Part shown: in pieces, positions 28,133 to 34,737 of the stretch
Numbering within the stretch: position 1 is the stretch's first letter
Layout: each line of letters opens with the position of its first letter
Assembly (NCBI GenBank): GCA_036496825.1
Contig: DASXKM010000342.1
Location: 1 to 34,737, forward strand
DNA from: Puia sp.
GTDB taxonomy: Bacteria > Bacteroidota > Bacteroidia > Chitinophagales > Chitinophagaceae
DNA length: 34,737 nt
Direction of reading: 5' to 3'
Made by a program: the position numbers and the translations under genes
Notes under the pieces: model-generated
Told to the model about the DNA's origin: nothing
The model's input: the letters and a program-made list of their open reading frames with translations, nothing else
The model's database searches: none

Positions 28133-28140
28133 CAAAGATG
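28133..28140 (-). promoter_or_regulatory. Candidate Bacteroidota -7 promoter box (CATCTTTG)
   Basis: One mismatch to TAnnTTTG, immediately upstream of the leader ORF. Confidence 0.45.
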
Positions 28141-28216
28141 GTATTAATGAGGCAGAAGAAAAAATTAAAACCGTTATTGTTTCTTATTTTTATCGACTTC
28201 TAACAGGGATAGCCGG

Positions 28217-29497
28217 ATGGAAAATAAAAAATCGATTGCTGTTGCACGCTGGTACCGTTTGATACCGGTTGTATTTATCACTTATAGCCTGGCCTATCTG
28301 GACCGGGCCAATTTTGGATTTGGTGCCGCGGGCGGAATGGCAGTCGATCTGCATATAACCTCCACGATGTCATCGCTGATGGGGTCTTTATTCTTTTTAG
28401 GATATTTTTTCTTTCAGATCCCCGGAACGATCTATGCTTCCAACAAGAGTGCAAAGAAATTGATATTCTGGTCGCTGATCCTCTGGGGTTTGTTTGCGAT
28501 GGCTACCGGCCTGATCAATCACGTGAAAATTTTGCTTGTCATCCGGTTTATGCTGGGTGTTTTTGAAAGCGCCGTTTTCCCTTCCATGCTGGTATTAATC
28601 AGCCGCTGGTTTACCCGCGAAGAAAGATCAAGGGCTAATACCTTATTGATGTTTGGAAATCCGGTAACCATTCTTTGGATGTCTATTATTTCCGGGTATT
28701 TAATTCATGCCCTCGGTTGGCGATGGATGTTTATCTGGGAGGGAATTCCTGCCATCGCTTGGGCTTTCTTCTGGTGGAAACTGGTGAGTGATAAGCCGAT
28801 GGAAGTCTCCTGGCTGAATACGGATGAAAAGAAAACGCTGGCGGACCTTCTTCAAAAGGAACAACAAACAATTAAACCGGTAAAAAATTATGCTACGGCA
28901 TTCAAATCGAAACTGGTCATACTACTTTGCCTTTTATATTTACTCTGGAGCTTCGGTATATACGGATTTGTGATCTGGCTACCTTCTATCATACACGCGG
29001 CTCCCGGCATTGGAATTGTAAAAACCGGCTGGCTTTCAGCCGTACCTTACCTGATGTCCATAATTGCCATGATCGTTGTTTCCTATTTTTCAGACAGATC
29101 GTTAAACAGAAAAATATACATCTGGCCATGTTTTCTCCTGGGAGCAATTGCTTTTTGTTGCCTGTATTTCGTTGGATCGAATCATTTCTGGATGTCCTTT
29201 TCCCTGCTAAGCATAGCGGGAGTTTCCATGTATGTGCCCTATGGTCCTTTCTTCGCCCACATGACAGAAATATTACCAGCCAATATCGCCGGAGGAGCCA
29301 TCGCTTTAATCAACAGCTTTGGCGCACTGGGTGCTTTCGGAGGTTCCTACCTGGTCGGTTATTTAAATGGAATTACGGGTAATTCCGCAACTTCTTATCT
29401 GGTGATGGGAGGTTCTCTTTTCCTCTCTTCTATTGCAGGAATTATAGCAGTGAAAGAACCTCAGGGCCGTGTCGCTATTGCCAGAGCCAGACTTTAA
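28217..29497 (+). CDS. MFS transporter, anion:cation symporter family (KguT/TtuB-like)
   Basis: ITYSLAYLDRANFGF, FFLGYFFFQIPG and WFTREERSRAN motifs; about 12 hydrophobic segments. Confidence 0.9.
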   Translation: MENKKSIAVARWYRLIPVVFITYSLAYLDRANFGFGAAGGMAVDLHITSTMSSLMGSLFFLGYFFFQIPGTIYASNKSAKKLIFWSLILWGLFAMATGLINHVKILLVIRFMLGVFESAVFPSMLVLISRWFTREERSRANTLLMFGNPVTILWMSIISGYLIHALGWRWMFIWEGIPAIAWAFFWWKLVSDKPMEVSWLNTDEKKTLADLLQKEQQTIKPVKNYATAFKSKLVILLCLLYLLWSFGIYGFVIWLPSIIHAAPGIGIVKTGWLSAVPYLMSIIAMIVVSYFSDRSLNRKIYIWPCFLLGAIAFCCLYFVGSNHFWMSFSLLSIAGVSMYVPYGPFFAHMTEILPANIAGGAIALINSFGALGAFGGSYLVGYLNGITGNSATSYLVMGGSLFLSSIAGIIAVKEPQGRVAIARARL

Positions 29498-29930
29498 TTA
29501 CGATTGACTGAAATGGAACCACCCAGGGATTTGGCAGTTCTCCACTATGGGCATCCTGGTCGGAATAATAGAAAGTAAGCGTGCAGGTTTCTTTATCTGC
29601 AGTGGTATAAACCGCTCCTGACAAATGGCCGCCCATAAAGTTCTGCTGGCAACAGGGGAAAAACTGAAATAAGCTGCCTTCACTCACAAACTGCATTGAA
29701 TATACTTCGTTAACCGATGCACCCGCAGCGTTTATTTCGGCTGTCAGATCACTTTTAAATACACGTTGTCCCTCTCTGTTCCAGTTGCTATCGGTAATAT
29801 AAATGAATTTCACAGCCGATACGGAAGACGAATCAGGTTTGGGGTAATTGTCCGGAGCCGGAGAATCTTTTTTGCATGAAATTGAAATCAGCATAGTGGC
29901 GGCGCATGCGAAGAAAAATAAATGTTTCAT
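29475..29930 (-). CDS. Hypothetical lipoprotein
   Basis: Type II signal peptide MKHLFFFACAATMLISIS|C followed by KKDS, with an AT-rich upstream region. Confidence 0.7.
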   Translation of the reverse strand: MKHLFFFACAATMLISISCKKDSPAPDNYPKPDSSSVSAVKFIYITDSNWNREGQRVFKSDLTAEINAAGASVNEVYSMQFVSEGSLFQFFPCCQQNFMGGHLSGAVYTTADKETCTLTFYYSDQDAHSGELPNPWVVPFQSIVIKVWLWQ

Positions 29931-30211
29931 AGTTGTAAGTTTTAGGGGTTATTCATCTAATTGATCGAAATGATCTATCTAAAGGAAACATTTGACGGCA
30001 TCTATTATAAACTGCCGGACGAAAACCGTGATGAACCGTTAGGAAGTTCATAATCCTACAAACCGGGGCACTATCTAATTTTAAATCCGCTGATCGTCGA
30101 AATAAGCCCTTCGCCTGGTTATTAATAATTATACAGGGACAATAGAAATGGTAACCGAAACCAGATTGGGCGACCAACATAAGGAAGTATTAATTTTTTT
30201 AATCCGGTAAA

Positions 30212-31486
30212 ATGAGTTCAGAACAATTGGAAAAATCATCTGTGTCAACGGGTGTTTTAATAAATATTCCCCTCGGCAGTCCAAACCGCCGTCATTTATC
30301 TGACAAAAATCACTTTACAATAAAGCCGGTATCTTATTTGTCAAATCTGACACCCATGCGCGGTATCGCTGCTCTCTTAACGGTGATTTTTCATATTGAT
30401 ATCTTTTTAGGATGGGAGATGATTCCCCCGTCTGGTTCTCCGTTGATGGCTCATCTGTATTTGATGGTAGACTTCTTTTTTATCCTCAGCGGTTTCATCA
30501 TGTGCCATGTATACGGAAACCGCTTTCTCAAGGATGTGCGGAGATCAGAATTTAAAAAGTTCACGATTGCACGTTTTTCCAGGGTGTATCCGCTTCATCT
30601 GGTGACGCTTGTTACCACCATCGTAATACTCTATTTATTTGCAGAAATGGGTGTATCAAAAAATATATATCTCCAGGCTGAAAACAATTTATATTCTGTT
30701 TTTACCAATCTGTTTCTGGTACAAGCCATGAATTTTAATAACTGGTTTACCTGGGTACACGCATCCTGGTCAATCAGCACAGAATGGTGGGCTTATATGA
30801 TCTTCCCTTTTTTGGTAGCTCCCCTTTTCAGACTGAATGCCAGGGGAAGAATTTTCATCTGCCTGTTGTGCGTAACAGGATATGTATGCACTTCCTGGTT
30901 TCTTGCGCCATTGGTAACGTTTCCGGCGGAATTCCATTTATCCCCGGCAAAGGCGACGGATTGGTCACTGAATCTGGCTTATCAATATGGATTCGCCCGT
31001 TGCCTATGTGGATTTGTTCTGGGTATGATGACTTATCATGCATTCAGGGACCGGTGGTCAAAAAAAATATTTGGAAATGGATGGACGATGATCGGATTTT
31101 CAATGGCGGCGTTTATATCCATGCACCTGAACTTACCGGATATTATCACCGTAGCTTTCTTCCCATTCATCATTCTTTCGGGAGCTTATGGGAGCGATGG
31201 AATAAATAAAGTCTTTGCAACCAAACCACTTCAAAGGTTGGGTGACTGGTCCTTTTCTATTTATCTGATCCATCAGCCATTTCTTATTCTGGTCACTTAT
31301 GGCTGGTCAGGACTCAGCGCGGTACAGCCAAATAATTTAAACCAATGGGTATCGCATGGCCATGGTCTGGCAACCAGCTGGGCGATGTGCTTTGTATTAA
31401 TTATTCCGATACTTTTTATTTCTTATTTATCTTATCGTTATATAGAGAATCCCTCACGAAGGTGGTTAAATGCAAAAGCAGCCTGA
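30212..31486 (+). CDS. Acyltransferase family 3 (OafA-like) membrane protein
   Basis: MRGIAALLTVIFH, VDFFFILSGF, RFSRVYPLH, WSISTEWWAY, SFSIYLIH and YRYIENP. Confidence 0.9.
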   Translation: MSSEQLEKSSVSTGVLINIPLGSPNRRHLSDKNHFTIKPVSYLSNLTPMRGIAALLTVIFHIDIFLGWEMIPPSGSPLMAHLYLMVDFFFILSGFIMCHVYGNRFLKDVRRSEFKKFTIARFSRVYPLHLVTLVTTIVILYLFAEMGVSKNIYLQAENNLYSVFTNLFLVQAMNFNNWFTWVHASWSISTEWWAYMIFPFLVAPLFRLNARGRIFICLLCVTGYVCTSWFLAPLVTFPAEFHLSPAKATDWSLNLAYQYGFARCLCGFVLGMMTYHAFRDRWSKKIFGNGWTMIGFSMAAFISMHLNLPDIITVAFFPFIILSGAYGSDGINKVFATKPLQRLGDWSFSIYLIHQPFLILVTYGWSGLSAVQPNNLNQWVSHGHGLATSWAMCFVLIIPILFISYLSYRYIENPSRRWLNAKAA

Positions 31487-31918
31487 ACTCAAATCTGACT
31501 GTATAAGGACGACGCTTCATGTAACTGCCTCCTTTGTTGCCAGTGCAAGGTGAAATGTTTTTGAATTGTGAGTCATTTGAATCGAAATATTTGTTCTGCC
31601 TTGCGGGTAAATTAGTCATCCAGGTATTGTTCTTCACTTTATTTAGCGTTCGTCTGCATTGGTTCGTTCCGCCGGCAAAATCCTGCCGTTTAAATTAGCA
31701 TTTCTGTTCGGTTCAAAACAATTTCTTTCCGCAAAAACTTCCAAGCGCTATAACATCTCTAATGCTGAAGTTGGGAATCGAAATGAATTATCACTTCCAT
31801 CTTTCCCGTGATTTTCATGACTTTACAATTTTCCCTCCGGCCGATGGGAAAACGGGACTGCCAAACATTTCTAAAATGTCATAACTAGCATCTATAAACT
31901 TTTTTCAAAAACCTGCGC

Positions 31919-32782
31919 TTGTATAACATTTACTCACATATCGCCAATAACCCCAGCCGTTGTGAGCGGCTGACCTGTGGTGACTCTCTTTTTACCAGTT
32001 ATAACTGTGGACTCAGAAACAAGTTTGAGGATCTTTGGAGCCATCACAATTCTATCGTCTATGTGATGGAGGGAAGAAAGATCTGGCACACCGGTCACGG
32101 TTCTTATGACTTACGGGAAGGCAGTTGCGTTTTTGTGCGGAAAGGAGCTTCCATTGTCGAACAGTTTTTTGATTCCGAATTTTGTTTCTTTCTTTTTTTT
32201 ATACAGGATGAATTCATTTGTGATGTCCTGAAAAGTAGATCAAACCCGATTGTAAAATCAGTAAAAAACTATGATCCGGTTATCACTATAGAAAACAGCG
32301 CCACCGTTCACGCTTTCTTCCAGTCTATGATGCTGTATTTCGACAACCGGTTTAAACCGGATCAGTCTTTACTGGAATTAAAATTCAGAGAATTGATACT
32401 TACCATCGCAGATAATCCGAAAAACGGTGAATTATTATCTTATTTCCGCTCCTTACTCCAGGAACCGCAGGCTGTTTCATTGCAAAAAGTAATGGAAGAT
32501 AATTTTTGTTTTAATCTCAGGATGGAAGAGTTTGCAAAAATAACAGCCCGTAGCTTATCTGCCTTTAAAAGAGATTTTATGCGTGTATACAATACGACTC
32601 CGGGCAAATGGCTCATGGAAAAAAGATTGAAAAACGCACTGCACCTGTTGACCAATATGGGCAAGACTGTTTCCGAAGCCTCATTTGAAAGCGGTTTCGA
32701 AAGTCCTTCCCACTTCAGTCGCTCATTCCGCCAACGATTTGGCAATTCTCCCACTTCCATCCGCCACCGGATTGCAGTGTGA
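31919..32782 (+). CDS. AraC family transcriptional regulator
   Basis: RSLSAFKRDF, TPGKWL and GFESPSHFSRSFRQRFG. TTG start. Confidence 0.9.
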   Translation: MYNIYSHIANNPSRCERLTCGDSLFTSYNCGLRNKFEDLWSHHNSIVYVMEGRKIWHTGHGSYDLREGSCVFVRKGASIVEQFFDSEFCFFLFFIQDEFICDVLKSRSNPIVKSVKNYDPVITIENSATVHAFFQSMMLYFDNRFKPDQSLLELKFRELILTIADNPKNGELLSYFRSLLQEPQAVSLQKVMEDNFCFNLRMEEFAKITARSLSAFKRDFMRVYNTTPGKWLMEKRLKNALHLLTNMGKTVSEASFESGFESPSHFSRSFRQRFGNSPTSIRHRIAV

Positions 32783-32957
32783 ACGAATGGTTCTGTTGCT
32801 GCTGCAATAAATCATAGCAGCCTGGAAATAGCGGAAGAAACGATCGGAAATGCGTTAGCAACGTTTCACCTGGTAGACGATTTGTATTTTTTACAAAACA
32901 GCTTTCTGGTATTTATTGCTGAGAATTAACTAATTACCTTCGGACGAACCTCCGGGT

Positions 32958-33839
32958 TTATGTGACTGATCTGTATATCGGTCTTGTCAGACATGTGGGA
33001 CCGCCACCACCCTTCATGCTTATTTCTTCACCCTGATACACACTAACCAGACAACCTGCATTTTCAAGGACAGTTTTTATAACCGGATTTCCCTTCATCA
33101 GTAAACATTCCCTGGGGGCAAGTGCCAGTACATTGCATCCCAGCGATTCAAATTCCTCATCGGTTACTTCCAGCAACTGATAACCCCGTTGCAACAAAAA
33201 GTTTCGGAATACAATGGGCATTAAGGGAGAATACACAACCGCCAGATTGCTATCTACCGGACTCAATATGGACATCAGATGAAACACATCTGCATGTCCC
33301 TTGTAATGTGGCAGGTGAACGACAATTACTTCAACACCCAATGGCTTTAATATTGATTTTAGTTGGCTGATACCCTCTTCATTCGTCCGATAAGTATGAC
33401 CGACAGCCAGCGTATGTTCATCCAGCCAGGCGACGTCGCCTCCCTCCACAGTTCCCGGCGAATGGATGGTACCCAGTATGGGAATGGCTCTTTTTTCAAA
33501 AGCCTTTCTTTCTGCCAGTGGCTCATTTATTCTGCCAGCCTTTCCCATATTACAAATGATCATTCCCTTGTTGGTTGCAATGGAAGCATCACGACAATAA
33601 ATGGAATCCATATTGACAGTTAAGTCCTCGGGCAGATGAAATAAATCCGTCACCTGGTTCTCCAGTATGCTTTGAAATAATTTATATTCTTTCCGGGCAA
33701 GGCTTAAATCCGGTTTACCGGCATAATTCAATGCCTGCCAATTCTGATCGACATGCGCATCACTTAAAAATGCCTGCTCCACATTTTTTATGAATACTGA
33801 TTTTATTTTACCGATTTCAGAATGACAAGTGTAATTCAT
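32958..33839 (-). CDS. Amidinotransferase superfamily enzyme (dimethylarginine dimethylaminohydrolase/arginine deiminase-like)
   Basis: YCRD, EGGD, RTN, FHL and C-terminal GGGGPTCLTRP with the catalytic Cys. Confidence 0.85.
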   Translation of the reverse strand: MNYTCHSEIGKIKSVFIKNVEQAFLSDAHVDQNWQALNYAGKPDLSLARKEYKLFQSILENQVTDLFHLPEDLTVNMDSIYCRDASIATNKGMIICNMGKAGRINEPLAERKAFEKRAIPILGTIHSPGTVEGGDVAWLDEHTLAVGHTYRTNEEGISQLKSILKPLGVEVIVVHLPHYKGHADVFHLMSILSPVDSNLAVVYSPLMPIVFRNFLLQRGYQLLEVTDEEFESLGCNVLALAPRECLLMKGNPVIKTVLENAGCLVSVYQGEEISMKGGGGPTCLTRPIYRSVT

Positions 33840-33924
33840 GTCAGGTTTTTTTATTCCATTTTATGATAACGTAAAAAGGCAGTCCCGGGTAAGATACAAT
33901 TTTAAAACTTTCACCCGTAATCCT

Positions 33925-34737
33925 TTACTTCTTCCCCTCCAGAATAAATTCGGTCACCGCCTTCCTGAATAATATGAGTGATGCGGGATTTACATACATC
34001 ATATGTCCCGCCTCAAAATACTTCATACTAATATTGGATTTGACTTTCTTTTCAAGCCGCAGATGGTCGAATGTATATTCCGTAGCATAAAACGGTGTGG
34101 CCAGGTCGAAATAACCATTGAGCACGAGAATTTTTACATTCGGATTCTTGCTCATCAGGCTGGCAAGGTCTTCACCCGTGTTCGGAATATAGAGGCCACC
34201 ATAGTCGCCGTTCTTCTTGCGACTAAAATCCCATTTGAATCCTTCGGTGTTATAGGCATTTATTTTATAATTAAGTCTCTTGTCCACTTTCAGATCGGTA
34301 TAAAAATAATTCATGAAAGCAGCGATATAGGCCGGACTGATTTGTGTTGACTGCGGATCATCCTGTGAATTTTCACTCAGAAGGTCCTGATTGATTCCTT
34401 TGTAACGCCCGTCAAGCCTTCCGACCGTCAGGTGCTCATTTCGTAACAGTTCATCAGTGAACACTTCTTCCCGCAGGCGCAGATTGCCTTTGCTCCAATA
34501 CTCCTTACTGACACCGGTGTAAGCCGCGAGCTTATTTAGAACCTGATCCTTTTCCGCATCCGTAATCAGGTCGCCCTTGCTGAGTGCAGCTGCGTACTCT
34601 CCGGAAGCAAAACTCCTGACTTCCTTTAAAAACGACTCCAGTCCGTTGGATGCATTGGGTATTTTCTTATGATACCAGGCCACGGCAGCGTAAGTGGGTA
34701 AATACAATTCATATGTAAGATCATCCTTGAAAGTGAG
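33925..34737 (-). CDS. Serine carboxypeptidase S10 family; C-terminal part only, starts beyond the window
   Basis: Frame is open to the edge (LTFKDDLTYELYLPTYAAVAWYH...), with GRLDGRY, GYFDLATP and AGHMMY motifs. Confidence 0.88.
   Translation of the reverse strand, partial: LTFKDDLTYELYLPTYAAVAWYHKKIPNASNGLESFLKEVRSFASGEYAAALSKGDLITDAEKDQVLNKLAAYTGVSKEYWSKGNLRLREEVFTDELLRNEHLTVGRLDGRYKGINQDLLSENSQDDPQSTQISPAYIAAFMNYFYTDLKVDKRLNYKINAYNTEGFKWDFSRKKNGDYGGLYIPNTGEDLASLMSKNPNVKILVLNGYFDLATPFYATEYTFDHLRLEKKVKSNISMKYFEAGHMMYVNPASLILFRKAVTEFILEGKK

Noticed and set aside
30151-30175. GTAACC-N14-CGACC as a sixth copy of the cluster promoter
   Set aside because: The spacer is shorter and the -10 part differs; it cannot be assigned to the same regulon.
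29953-30180. 75-aa minus-strand ORF
   Set aside because: It occupies a divergent promoter region and has no recognisable features.
31416-31637. 73-aa minus-strand ORF with an internal AAGGAGG before ATG
   Set aside because: It overlaps the acyltransferase end antisense, has no motifs, and SD sites are not used by the other genes here.
31801-31870. Cobalamin riboswitch, suggested by GGGAA and the B12 enzymes
   Set aside because: The conserved B12-box and core elements are not recognisable, and it is far from the B12 genes.

Overview
Gene-dense bacterial chromosomal window, most likely Bacteroidota (Chitinophagaceae-like, inferred from TAnnTTTG-type promoters, lack of Shine-Dalgarno sites and the gene families present). 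The left ~14 kb (438-14370) is a compact biosynthetic cluster whose product I cannot name. It holds 4 GT4-type glycosyltransferases, a nucleotidyltransferase, 2 SAM methyltransferases, 2 cobalamin-binding radical SAM enzymes, a twitch-type radical SAM enzyme, an amidohydrolase and a fused ABC exporter. It is split into five transcription units, and each is preceded in the sense orientation by the same ECF-sigma-like motif: (G/A)CAACC-N15/16-CGTA in four cases and GACACC-N16-CGTA in the fifth. No sigma factor gene lies in the window. The right ~20 kb is mostly peptide/amino-acid catabolism and transport: DUF885, PaaI, DUF1349, GNAT, an FAD oxidoreductase, tricorn protease, DsrE, a class V PLP enzyme with a divergent MocR regulator, tryptophanase, an MFS transporter, a lipoprotein, acyltransferase-3, AraC, a DDAH-like enzyme and an S10 peptidase. 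Tryptophanase is preceded by an unannotated 12-codon Trp-containing leader ORF (MQIWKNIIGRPS) and a C-rich spacer, a candidate non-canonical tnaC-like attenuator. I saw no rRNA, tRNA, CRISPR array or mobile element.
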